NCBI GenBank assembly: GCA_016735295.1 | Contig: JAERRU010000003.1 | Coordinates: forward strand, 742-64,741 | DNA: 64,000 bases | Source: SAR324 cluster bacterium | GTDB taxonomy: Bacteria > SAR324 > XYD2-FULL-50-16 > JAERRU01 | Direction of reading: 5' to 3' | Part shown: piece by piece, positions 28,321 to 37,361 of the stretch | Layout of the letters: the number at the start of each line of letters is the position of its first letter | Position numbering within the stretch: the first letter of the stretch is position 1 | Program-made: the position numbers and the translations under genes | Notes under the pieces: generated by a model | What the model was told of the DNA's origin: nothing | The model's input: the letters and a program-made list of their open reading frames with translations, nothing else | Databases searched by the model: none

Positions 28321-31152
28321 TTGAAAGATTCAACATTTGTTAACCGCCATTTAGGGCTATCTGACGCTGATATATCCAGTATGTTAGATTATATTGGAGT
28401 AAAAAGCTTAGACCAATTACTTGATGAGGCTATCCCTAAAGATATCAGATTAAATTCATTTAACTTGGACGAATCTTTGAGTGAGCAAGATTATCTGTCT
28501 TGGATAAAACAGATAGCGTCGCAAAATAAACTGTTTCGTTCATTTATTGGTCAAGGGTTTTATAATAGCTTCTTGCCTTCAGTCATTGGCAGAAATATAT
28601 TAGAAAATCCTGGTTTTTATACTCAGTACACGCCCTATCAACCTGAAATAAGCCAAGGCAGGTTAGAGGCTTTGATTGCGTTTCAAACTATGGTTAAGGA
28701 TTTAAGTGCGATGGAAGTGGCCAACGCATCTTTATTGGATGAGGCTTCGGCGGCGGCTGAGGCCATGCAAATGGCTTTTAGGATTGTTTTAAAGACTGAT
28801 CATAGCCCTACTAAATGCAAATTTTTTGTTGATGATAAGTGTTTTAGATCTACTATTGACGTCCTTAAAACTAGGGCTAACCATATTGGCATTGAATTAG
28901 TAATCGGTGACGTAAATAATTTTATTCCTGATAAAGATTTTTTTGCTGGTCTATTGCAAACACCAAATAATCGGGGCACTTTTAAAGTTAGCCCTAAATT
29001 TTGCCAAGGACTCCATGAGCATGGGGCTTTGGCGATTGTTGGTTGTGACCTGCTGAGTTTAACGCTATTCACCCCGCCTGGCGAGTGGGGAGCAGATATT
29101 GTTTATGGAAACACGCAAAGATTCGGCCTACCTTTAAATTATGGAGGCCCGCATGCGGCGTTTTTTGCTACTAAGATGGATTTTATCCGAGAAGTACCCG
29201 GCAGGGTAGTAGGAGTGGTGATGGATGAATTTAATCGCCCAACTTACCGATTATCATTGCAAACCAGAGAGCAGCATATAAAAAAAGACCGAGCTACATC
29301 TAATATATGCACTGCCCAAACTTTGTTAGCGATCATAGCCTCCGCTTACGCTTGTTATCATGGGCCTGTAGGTCTTAAAAAGATTGCTACTAAAATAAAA
29401 TCTAACACCGATTGGCTTAAACATAGCTTGAAAAAATTAGGATTTACTGTTTTATCCGGTAATTTTTTTGATACTATCAGCGTTCAATTAACCAGCTTAG
29501 CCCAAGGCGATGATATAATCGCTGAAGCGATCAAAAGGCGAGTTAATTTTTTTAGGATTAGTCCTACCGAGATTAATATAAGTTTAGACGAAACGGTGAC
29601 TGCTAAAGACCTAAATTTAATATATGAAATATTTAGCGGCCAAGGTAGTACTAAATCAATTAAATTAGATAATCCTTTAATTGATGATAATTATAAAAGA
29701 AAAACCAAATTTTTAACTCACCATGTTTTTAATAGCTATCATAGCGAAACAGAAATGCTCCGCTACTTAAAATATCTAGAAAATAAGGATTTATCTTTAG
29801 CCAATGCCATGATTCCATTGGGATCTTGCACGATGAAATTAAATTCAACTAGCTCCATGCTGCCGATCAGCTGGCCAGAAATAAAAGATGTTCATCCATA
29901 TGCCCCGTTAGATCAGGCGTTAGGTTATAAAGCTATTTTTGAATCTTTAGGCAGTGCTTTACTAAAAATTACTGGCTTTGCAGAAATTAGCTTTCAACCA
30001 AATTCAGGTGCACAAGGAGAATTCGCGGGCCTTGGATCAATAAAAGGCTATTTAAAATCTATCAAACAAGAGAAAAGAAATGTTGTTTTAATCCCCACTT
30101 CTTCACACGGCACTAACCCTGCTAGTGCTGCTATGTGCGGCTTTAAAGTTATTTTTGTGAACTGTGATGCCAATGGAAACGTTGATATAGAAGATATTAA
30201 ACAAAAAGTGATTGTTTATAAAGATGTCTTGGCTTGTTTGATGATTACCTACCCCTCCACCCATGGAATATTTGAAAAGAAAATCCCCGCGATCATTGAT
30301 ATAATACACTCTGCTGGTGGGCAAATTTATATGGATGGAGCTAACATGAATGCCCAAGTAGGTTTGACTAGCCCACAGCACATAAAGGCTGATGTTTGCC
30401 ATCTTAATTTGCATAAGACCTTTGGCATCCCCCACGGCGGGGGTGGTCCTGGAGCTGGGCCTATTTTGGTGGCTAAGCATTTAGCCCCATTTTTGCCGCA
30501 ACATCATTTTAATAGCCCTAATGGAATATCACAAAACTGTGTCGCCGCAACCCCTTGGGGCAGTGCGGCTATTTTGGTTGTTCCCCTAGGTTATATTAAA
30601 TTATTAGGTGGCTTTGGCTGCCAATTATCATCAAAAATATCTATCCTTAATGCTAATTATATGCTCAAAAGATTAGCTAAATATATCTCCCCTCTTTACA
30701 CCAACGAAAATGGTTGGGTCGCTCATGAATTTATTTTAGATACCAGAATTTTTAAAAAACAAGCCAATATAAATGTGATGGACATAGCTAAAAGGCTTTT
30801 AGATTATGGATTTCACCCCCCCACCATATCTTTTCCTGTGGCCGGCACTTTGATGATTGAACCCACTGAAAGTGAGTCAAAAAATGAGATAGATCGCTTT
30901 TGTGACGCCTTAATATCTATTACTAAAGAAATCGCCGATATAGCAAAAAATAAAGAATTGCTCCATGATAATCTGTTGAAAAATGCTCCTCATACTATAG
31001 AAAATCTTACGCAAGACGATTGGGCTCATCCTTATTCAAGAAATCAGGCAGTTTTTCCTGTTGAAGAGTTAAGGAAAAGAAAATTCTGGCCTAGCACCAA
31101 TCGCATCAACGAAGCTTGGGGAGATAGGAATTTAAAGTGTGATCTTCCTTAG
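28321..31152 (+). CDS. gcvP: Glycine dehydrogenase (decarboxylating), single-chain P protein
   Basis: 943-aa ORF, TTG start; YTPYQPEISQGRLEAL, PLP site NLHKTFGIPHGGGGPG. Confidence 0.95.
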   Translation: MKDSTFVNRHLGLSDADISSMLDYIGVKSLDQLLDEAIPKDIRLNSFNLDESLSEQDYLSWIKQIASQNKLFRSFIGQGFYNSFLPSVIGRNILENPGFYTQYTPYQPEISQGRLEALIAFQTMVKDLSAMEVANASLLDEASAAAEAMQMAFRIVLKTDHSPTKCKFFVDDKCFRSTIDVLKTRANHIGIELVIGDVNNFIPDKDFFAGLLQTPNNRGTFKVSPKFCQGLHEHGALAIVGCDLLSLTLFTPPGEWGADIVYGNTQRFGLPLNYGGPHAAFFATKMDFIREVPGRVVGVVMDEFNRPTYRLSLQTREQHIKKDRATSNICTAQTLLAIIASAYACYHGPVGLKKIATKIKSNTDWLKHSLKKLGFTVLSGNFFDTISVQLTSLAQGDDIIAEAIKRRVNFFRISPTEINISLDETVTAKDLNLIYEIFSGQGSTKSIKLDNPLIDDNYKRKTKFLTHHVFNSYHSETEMLRYLKYLENKDLSLANAMIPLGSCTMKLNSTSSMLPISWPEIKDVHPYAPLDQALGYKAIFESLGSALLKITGFAEISFQPNSGAQGEFAGLGSIKGYLKSIKQEKRNVVLIPTSSHGTNPASAAMCGFKVIFVNCDANGNVDIEDIKQKVIVYKDVLACLMITYPSTHGIFEKKIPAIIDIIHSAGGQIYMDGANMNAQVGLTSPQHIKADVCHLNLHKTFGIPHGGGGPGAGPILVAKHLAPFLPQHHFNSPNGISQNCVAATPWGSAAILVVPLGYIKLLGGFGCQLSSKISILNANYMLKRLAKYISPLYTNENGWVAHEFILDTRIFKKQANINVMDIAKRLLDYGFHPPTISFPVAGTLMIEPTESESKNEIDRFCDALISITKEIADIAKNKELLHDNLLKNAPHTIENLTQDDWAHPYSRNQAVFPVEELRKRKFWPSTNRINEAWGDRNLKCDLP

Positions 31153-31162
31153 TTTTCAGCCA

Positions 31163-31227
31163 ATTTGCTAAGATTATTTGCTGAAATGATTTGCTAAGGT
31201 AATTTACTAACCTAATCTGCTATCCTA
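31163..31227. repeat. 13-bp tandem direct repeat, 4-5 units (ATTTGCTAAGATT-like)
   Basis: ATTTGCTAAGATT / ATTTGCTGAAATG / ATTTGCTAAGGTA / ATTTACTAACCTA / ATCTGCTATCCTA with exact 13-nt register. Lies in the convergent gcvP/tolB gap and runs into the last tolB codons. Confidence 0.6.
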
Positions 31228-32549
31228 GTTAACAAACTCCAATCAAAATTTTTGCTCCATGATGGGTCAGATTCAGCGGGCATATCATGGCCTTCTGTGA
31301 GCTCTCTTTGGAATTTACCATCTAACGTGATAAATTTTAGCCTAGATTTGCCACGACCAAAAAAAGTATATAACACCTGCCTATCATCAGCTGACCACAC
31401 CCCCTGCTCGGCATTATAAGAATCTTTAGTTAACTGCTTTATCCCAGTTGCGTCTTCATTCATTAGAAAAATCTGAAAATGATCATCATAAAAAGATGTA
31501 TATAAAAAAATATTCCCTCGGTTGCTCCACTGTGGCTCAGAATTGTTACCGCCAAAGAAAGTCATCCTAACTTGGCGATCCCCTACCAAATAATTGTTCT
31601 TCAAAAATACCTGCACACCTTGTGATCTATTACTGGTAAACAATAATTTATTCCCATGCAAACTTCCATTTGTCGCAATATAAAGGCTAGTCACCAATCT
31701 CTTCCATCTGCCGCGCTCCATATCATATAAATATATCGCCGGCCGGCCGTTTATCGATTGAGTTAAAATGATATTCTTATCATCACTGGTAAAAAAACCA
31801 CCCGTCAAAGTTCCTTCGAATATCGATTTAATAGTAGATATCTCCAAAGTCTTAAAATCAAAAATATGAACCTTCGTGCCCCGATTACTAATTGATGTAT
31901 ACAAAAATTTACTACCATCATTAGACCACGACGGCATAATATTAATCCTGTTATCATCAATTAATCGGTAACGGCGTTTACCCAAAAAATCGGTTAAAAC
32001 TATGCTAGAATATCTTTTGTTATCGCTTTTTTGTGAATAGAGTATGGCACTGCCAAACAAGCTGCTTTCTCCATCAATCGCTAATATCGCCTGTTCAATA
32101 AAGTCTATTATATTATTTTCAATCACCAGCCACTGAGTGCTAAGCTTGATAAATCCCTCATATAAAGTTTCTCCGCTATGGGCACTGCTAAAATTAGCAC
32201 TTAGCCCAAAAAATGATGAATCGCCAATACTCAACACCAAATCAACATTCCCATCAGGCTCTTCTTGCGTATTAAACACCCCGCTAATTAACATATATTT
32301 CTGTAAAATATCTATTATTTTGGGTGCCATTATGTGCTTAGAAGCTAGCATCAATCGCACCTTTATTCTTGCATAATGGCTGTTAGCCTCTATATCTAGC
32401 GTTTTAGAAAAAAAATAATTATCCTTACTCTCCAAAGTTTGTCCGAATATATTACCACTCAAAAATGTGATTTGAAAAATTGTTGCTATCAAAATAAATA
32501 GACTTTTATTAAAATAATGATTCTTCATTTTTAAATTTGAAAGGAACAA
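31212..32549 (-). CDS. tolB: Tol-Pal system beta-propeller protein TolB
   Basis: 445-aa ORF; signal peptide; repeated WS.DG..L.YTS propeller blades (WSNDGSKFLYTS, WSADDRQVLYTF). The start may be the internal ATG at 32528. Confidence 0.85.
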   Translation of the reverse strand: MFLSNLKMKNHYFNKSLFILIATIFQITFLSGNIFGQTLESKDNYFFSKTLDIEANSHYARIKVRLMLASKHIMAPKIIDILQKYMLISGVFNTQEEPDGNVDLVLSIGDSSFFGLSANFSSAHSGETLYEGFIKLSTQWLVIENNIIDFIEQAILAIDGESSLFGSAILYSQKSDNKRYSSIVLTDFLGKRRYRLIDDNRINIMPSWSNDGSKFLYTSISNRGTKVHIFDFKTLEISTIKSIFEGTLTGGFFTSDDKNIILTQSINGRPAIYLYDMERGRWKRLVTSLYIATNGSLHGNKLLFTSNRSQGVQVFLKNNYLVGDRQVRMTFFGGNNSEPQWSNRGNIFLYTSFYDDHFQIFLMNEDATGIKQLTKDSYNAEQGVWSADDRQVLYTFFGRGKSRLKFITLDGKFQRELTEGHDMPAESDPSWSKNFDWSLLTRIAD

Positions 32550-33375
32550 CTAATATCTTATTAGTAGGAAAATCAGCCGGTAATTTAGCAAATGGACCTG
32601 CCAACTTTACCGCATTAAGAGCTAGGGTATTTAATAAAGAATCTGAAGAAGATACGCTTAAATTTATTTTTAATAAAGTACCATCACTTTTTATATGTGC
32701 CACTACCGTAGGATAAACACCTTTTATTTTAGATTTACTAGGTGGTTTCCAGTGACGCCTAACTTTTATGATTAACTGATTTTGATAGGCTAAAATAGTA
32801 CTATAAAAACTAAGTGATTTTGCCGTGCTAAGGCTAACCAGATTGTCATTATCTAAAATAGTAGGTGAAACTTTCGTAGAATTATTCGCTAAATCATCCT
32901 CTGAGGAAATACTCTTCTTTATTAACTTTTCTTTATCTAACTTAAAGGAAGTATCAAGTTTAGCCAACTTTTTATTTTTATTAATCACAGAATAATCATC
33001 TTGCTGATCAAGTTTTATGGCCGGTAAATCTTTATTTAATGAATCATCTGATTTTTTAGCTTTAAGTTTAAATCCACCACCAGCAATAACTTTTTTCTTG
33101 GCTCCAGTTGATTTATTTATTGATTTATTTACTGATTTAATCGTCAGATTTTTCTTTTTAGTCGGCTTGATAGCCTGCTTTTTGCTGACCTTATTAGTAG
33201 TAGATTTAGCAATCGTACTTTTTACCGGACCAACTAGAGCAACTAGCTGCAGCTCCACTACTGGCTTAATATTATTAGAATATAAAAACAGCATAAATGC
33301 CATTATACCCAAAATAATCAGATGTGAAACTACGGAAAACGCTATATATAGCCTGCTTCCTAGATGAAAGTTCAT
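32509..33375 (-). CDS. tolA: TolA-like protein (N-terminal anchor, Lys-rich linker, TolA/TonB C-terminal domain)
   Basis: 288-aa ORF; one N-terminal TM segment, K-rich low-complexity middle; positioned between tolR and tolB. Confidence 0.7.
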   Translation of the reverse strand: MNFHLGSRLYIAFSVVSHLIILGIMAFMLFLYSNNIKPVVELQLVALVGPVKSTIAKSTTNKVSKKQAIKPTKKKNLTIKSVNKSINKSTGAKKKVIAGGGFKLKAKKSDDSLNKDLPAIKLDQQDDYSVINKNKKLAKLDTSFKLDKEKLIKKSISSEDDLANNSTKVSPTILDNDNLVSLSTAKSLSFYSTILAYQNQLIIKVRRHWKPPSKSKIKGVYPTVVAHIKSDGTLLKINLSVSSSDSLLNTLALNAVKLAGPFAKLPADFPTNKILVVPFKFKNEESLF

Positions 33376-33782
33376 CTCTTTTTTTCGGTAACGCTCAAGC
33401 CCACTTTTTCAAAATTTTCATTTTTTAAAGTGCTAATGAGATCTATCACCTTTCCATAAGTATTAGCTTGATCAGATTGAATAACTACCATTTCTAGTTT
33501 GTCAGCATCTCGTAAAACATTAAGTCGATTAATTATTTCTTCTAGCTCAAAACTCTCACCATTTAGAAAATATTGACCCTTTATGTTTAATGCTATATAT
33601 GCCGGTTTTTTGATGATGGTATCTTGCTTTAAACTGGTTTGGGGCAAGTCAAGAGGGACGGTTTGAATAACTAGTGGTAATGTAACTAAAAGTATGACCA
33701 CCAAAACCAATAGAACATCAACAAAGGGGGTGACATTTATATCAGCCAGATAATCATCTTTAAATTTGTCAGCTATAGACAT
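33372..33782 (-). CDS. tolR: TolR/ExbD-family protein
   Basis: 136-aa ORF; INVTPFVDVLLVLVVILLV biopolymer-transport motif; 4-nt overlap with tolA. Confidence 0.85.
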   Translation of the reverse strand: MSIADKFKDDYLADINVTPFVDVLLVLVVILLVTLPLVIQTVPLDLPQTSLKQDTIIKKPAYIALNIKGQYFLNGESFELEEIINRLNVLRDADKLEMVVIQSDQANTYGKVIDLISTLKNENFEKVGLSVTEKKR

Positions 33783-33786
33783 AAAT

Positions 33787-34461
33787 TTAACTAGCCGGTG
33801 GTGGAACTAACAGCTTGTTAAGAATATGCAATTTGAACGCTTCAATTTTTAAATGAATACTCCTAATCTTAGCCCTAAAATAATTAAATGATACCACCGC
33901 AGGAATAGCCACAAATAAACCAAAAGCTGTGGCAATTAAAGCAGCTGAAAGCCCTGGGGCGACCTGGTTAAATTGATCCTGCTCCCCAGAAATGCCCATC
34001 TCATAAAGAGTGCTAACCACCCCGGTAACAGTCCCAAAAAGGCCCACAAACGGTGCCGTTGATCCTATACTAGCTAAAGTGCTCATCTTTTTTTCTAATA
34101 CTTTAGCTGAATCAGCCAACACTCCCTCGCTAACCCTATTTAAAAAAATATCCAGTTCTCCCATGCTCCATCTGTATGAATTGCCTAACTTTCTAAGCCC
34201 ACTAAGCTCTTTCACACAACTCAAAAATATCTTTGCAGCAGGTAATTCCCCCGCTGCTTCAGAAATTTTTACTACCTCTGCCAGATTGGCTCCATTGATA
34301 GATTTTTCAGTATAATTAGTAGTTTTTTTCTCTATTTGCCGAAGATAAATAGCCTTTTGAAAAATAATTGCCCATGAGTAAATAGACATGAGCAATAAAA
34401 CTGCTAACGCAAAATATGAAAAAGGGTCTATCCTAGTTAAAATTGAAAATAGTAATTCCAA
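33787..34461 (-). CDS. tolQ: TolQ/ExbB/MotA-family proton channel protein
   Basis: 224-aa ORF; three TM segments; LASIGSTAPFVGLFGTVTG..ALIATAFGL signature. Confidence 0.85.
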   Translation of the reverse strand: MELLFSILTRIDPFSYFALAVLLLMSIYSWAIIFQKAIYLRQIEKKTTNYTEKSINGANLAEVVKISEAAGELPAAKIFLSCVKELSGLRKLGNSYRWSMGELDIFLNRVSEGVLADSAKVLEKKMSTLASIGSTAPFVGLFGTVTGVVSTLYEMGISGEQDQFNQVAPGLSAALIATAFGLFVAIPAVVSFNYFRAKIRSIHLKIEAFKLHILNKLLVPPPAS

Positions 34462-34500
34462 TTTAATAATAAGATAAATCTGTTATCAATTATTTTACGC

Positions 34501-35400
34501 CTACTGCATAACCTTCATCGCAATAGCAGCTCTACGATTAATCGCTTGAGCTCGCACAGTATCATTAGGATCTAAAGGTCTTTCTTCACCAAAAGATACA
34601 TCTAAAATATTAGCTCCAGAAAAGCCCATACTCATTAATACTTGTTTAACCGCTAAAGCCCTTCTAGTGCCTAATGCTAAGTTATATTCCTTAGTTCCAG
34701 CTTCATCAGTATGACCAGCTATATAAACATTCATATTAGCAAAATCACCCCTATAATCGCTAAGCTCATCAATAAGTTGCTCTATAAATTGAGGTAATAC
34801 CACCGATTTATCAAACGCAAATTGAACATTACTAATTCTAATATTTAGCTCTACAGGGATATCAGATACCATCGGTTTTTCCGCAACTCCCTTAACTAAT
34901 ACTTCAACTTGTTTAACATTACTTGCGTCAGCCCCAACTAACACAAAATCATTTATTTCTAAAGATATTCCAGAATTTAAAACTTCAGTGTTACTAGCAA
35001 ATGCCAATATCAGCTTGTCTCCATCTTGATAATAGGTGTTGGCTTCAACAGCTCCTAATAGGTTAAATCCACTAAATAAATCATCAATTGATTTACTAGT
35101 TAACGCATTCATATTTGTAAAATCAGTAACCTCACTATTTGGAGAAATATATACCGCCAAAGAATCATATGCCGCCGATCCTTTTAATGCTGCTAATATT
35201 CCATCTGGAATGTCAACAGTAACAGGACCATTTATTCCATTTGTTGATGGATCTTGATCCTCAAAATGAAAAGATGAATGGAGTTCTTCTACCTGCTCTG
35301 GAGTTAAAAGTTGGCTTGTTCCTCCACAAGATACGATAAATCCTATAGACAAAAAAACCATTGATAATTTAAATTTATTTACTGAAAAAATACTTGCCAT
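34501..35400 (-). CDS. OmpA-domain lipoprotein, Pal-like but enlarged (299 aa)
   Basis: Lipobox FIVSCGG; C-terminal OmpA_C: NVQFAFDKSVV..GHTDEAGTKEYNLALGTRRA..NRRAAI; the ~180-aa N-terminal domain is unassigned. Confidence 0.75.
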   Translation of the reverse strand: MASIFSVNKFKLSMVFLSIGFIVSCGGTSQLLTPEQVEELHSSFHFEDQDPSTNGINGPVTVDIPDGILAALKGSAAYDSLAVYISPNSEVTDFTNMNALTSKSIDDLFSGFNLLGAVEANTYYQDGDKLILAFASNTEVLNSGISLEINDFVLVGADASNVKQVEVLVKGVAEKPMVSDIPVELNIRISNVQFAFDKSVVLPQFIEQLIDELSDYRGDFANMNVYIAGHTDEAGTKEYNLALGTRRALAVKQVLMSMGFSGANILDVSFGEERPLDPNDTVRAQAINRRAAIAMKVMQ

Positions 35401-35538
35401 ACATCCTCTTAATTTAACTTTTATAAACTTTTTTTAAAAAATAACTCTAACAGAAACGATGCTACACTTGAAAACATAGCATGTAAAGCTTTATCTTTAT
35501 CAAGCTTTATAGTGAAATAATAGCCTCTTATAATGTAT

Positions 35539-37275
35539 TTAGTTTAATAACGCCATTTTAAAAGGCTCTTCTAGCATTATAACCATCTGTTTTAAAAATC
35601 TTGCCGCCTCAGCTCCATCAATAAGTCTGTGATCGTAACTCAAAGATAAAGGCATAACTAACCTAGGCTCAAAGGTTTTTCCATTATAAATAGGCTTGAT
35701 TTCACTCCTCCCCACTCCTAAAATTGCTACCTCCGGCCAATTAACTAAAGGAGTAAATCCTTCTCCCGATATCCCTCCTAAATTAGAAATAGTGAAAGAT
35801 CCCCCACTAAGATCAGCCAAACCCATTTTTCGATCGCGAGCCTTTTTAGATATCTCACCTAGTTTTAACGAAATATCTAATATGCTCTTATGGTCAACAT
35901 CTTTTATCACCGGCACCAGTAACCCATTGGGTGTGTCCACTGCTACTCCTATATTTATATATTTCTTCAAAATAGCCTGATAATTAGTCTCATCAAAACT
36001 GGCATTAAAATAAGGAAAATCATTTAATAAAATAGCCAAAACCTTTATTAAAATAGCCGTCATAGTTAATTTAGCACCTTTTTGAATGAAAAATTCTCGG
36101 TTATCTTTACGGAATTTTTCCAAATCAGTAACATCAGCTTTATCCATTTGCGTTACCATAGGCACTATTTGCCACACCTTGCTCATATGAATAGCGGTAG
36201 CTTTTTTAATAGCTCCTAGCTCTTTAACCTCAAGTTCACCAAACTTAGTAAAATCAGGTAATTCTGCTGATACAGATGTTCCCCTCTCCGTGCTAATTGA
36301 CCCTCCTTCATTTAAGAGCCTTGCGTGATTTTTCACATCTTTTAATGAAATACGCCCTCTTGCCCCAGTGCCGGTTACCTGATCTAAAATTACCCCAATC
36401 TCGCGAGCAAAGCGTCTTACCTTGGGGGAGGAATTTAATGAAATACCAGCAAAAATGTCTGCCTTTGCCGATGAAGATTTTACTTCGTGATGCTTATTTT
36501 GTGGTGCAATAGTTGCGTCAACTCCATCTGTTTCATCTGTTATTGCCCCACCTTGCTCTGATTTTACTGATGATGCTTGGCTTTGAGTGGGCTCATCTGA
36601 TTTAATTTTCTCCTCTTCTTTCACATCTTTTATAATATCAGATGAGGCACTAAGTTTTATTTTAAATAGATTATCACCAGTTTTTATATCAACCCCCTCT
36701 TTTAAATATACCTCCACAACCGTTCCTGCATCAGGAGCAGGCACTTCAAAATTTGCCTTATCCGTTTCTAATTCCGCCACGGGGTCACCTTGTTTGAGCA
36801 CATCCCCTTTTTTAACTAAAACTTTCACCAATTTTGCTTGAGAAATATCCTCTCCCAAATTAGGTGTTTTACTAATTATCACCTCACCTTCAGCCTTATT
36901 ATCATTATCATTATCATTATTTGACTTAGGCTCAGCTTGATAATTAGGTGAATCGTGCTTCAAAGATGTTTCCTTGGCTGGTGCACTAGCTTTCTTAGTT
37001 TTTTCCTGTGATAAAGATTTATTTACTGAGTCCGCTGATGAAGATTCTAATTCCATATAAGAATCCCCCGGTTTAACGGTTGCTCCTTCTTTTATAAGCA
37101 CTTTTTTAATCACTCCACCGCGATCAGATTGCACGTCAAGCACTGCTTTATCTGTTTCCATCTCTAAAAGCACATCGCCCTTTTTGATGGTATCTCCTGG
37201 TTTAACCAATATCTTAGCGATTATGCCAGATACAATATTTTCGCCTAATTTTTCTATAACTAAAAGTTCTGCCAT
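35539..37275 (-). CDS. Dihydrolipoamide acyltransferase (E2) with two lipoyl domains, probably pyruvate dehydrogenase type
   Basis: 578-aa ORF; two ETDKA lipoyl motifs; E3-binding SPKVRRFAREIG; catalytic SLSYDHRLIDGAEAARF. Confidence 0.88.
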   Translation of the reverse strand: MAELLVIEKLGENIVSGIIAKILVKPGDTIKKGDVLLEMETDKAVLDVQSDRGGVIKKVLIKEGATVKPGDSYMELESSSADSVNKSLSQEKTKKASAPAKETSLKHDSPNYQAEPKSNNDNDNDNKAEGEVIISKTPNLGEDISQAKLVKVLVKKGDVLKQGDPVAELETDKANFEVPAPDAGTVVEVYLKEGVDIKTGDNLFKIKLSASSDIIKDVKEEEKIKSDEPTQSQASSVKSEQGGAITDETDGVDATIAPQNKHHEVKSSSAKADIFAGISLNSSPKVRRFAREIGVILDQVTGTGARGRISLKDVKNHARLLNEGGSISTERGTSVSAELPDFTKFGELEVKELGAIKKATAIHMSKVWQIVPMVTQMDKADVTDLEKFRKDNREFFIQKGAKLTMTAILIKVLAILLNDFPYFNASFDETNYQAILKKYINIGVAVDTPNGLLVPVIKDVDHKSILDISLKLGEISKKARDRKMGLADLSGGSFTISNLGGISGEGFTPLVNWPEVAILGVGRSEIKPIYNGKTFEPRLVMPLSLSYDHRLIDGAEAARFLKQMVIMLEEPFKMALLN

Positions 37276-37361
37276 CTATCTATTATAAACTTTATTTATG
37301 AACCATAAACTATGATTAATTTTGAAGTATGATTGCTTTTTAAGTGTGATTGTATTTTGAT

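Noticed and set aside
33372-34461. The MotA/ExbB plus ExbD-like pair as a Zorya-type defence module or a flagellar stator
   Set aside because: They are followed directly by tolA-like and tolB genes and preceded by an OmpA-domain lipoprotein, so this is a Tol-Pal system.
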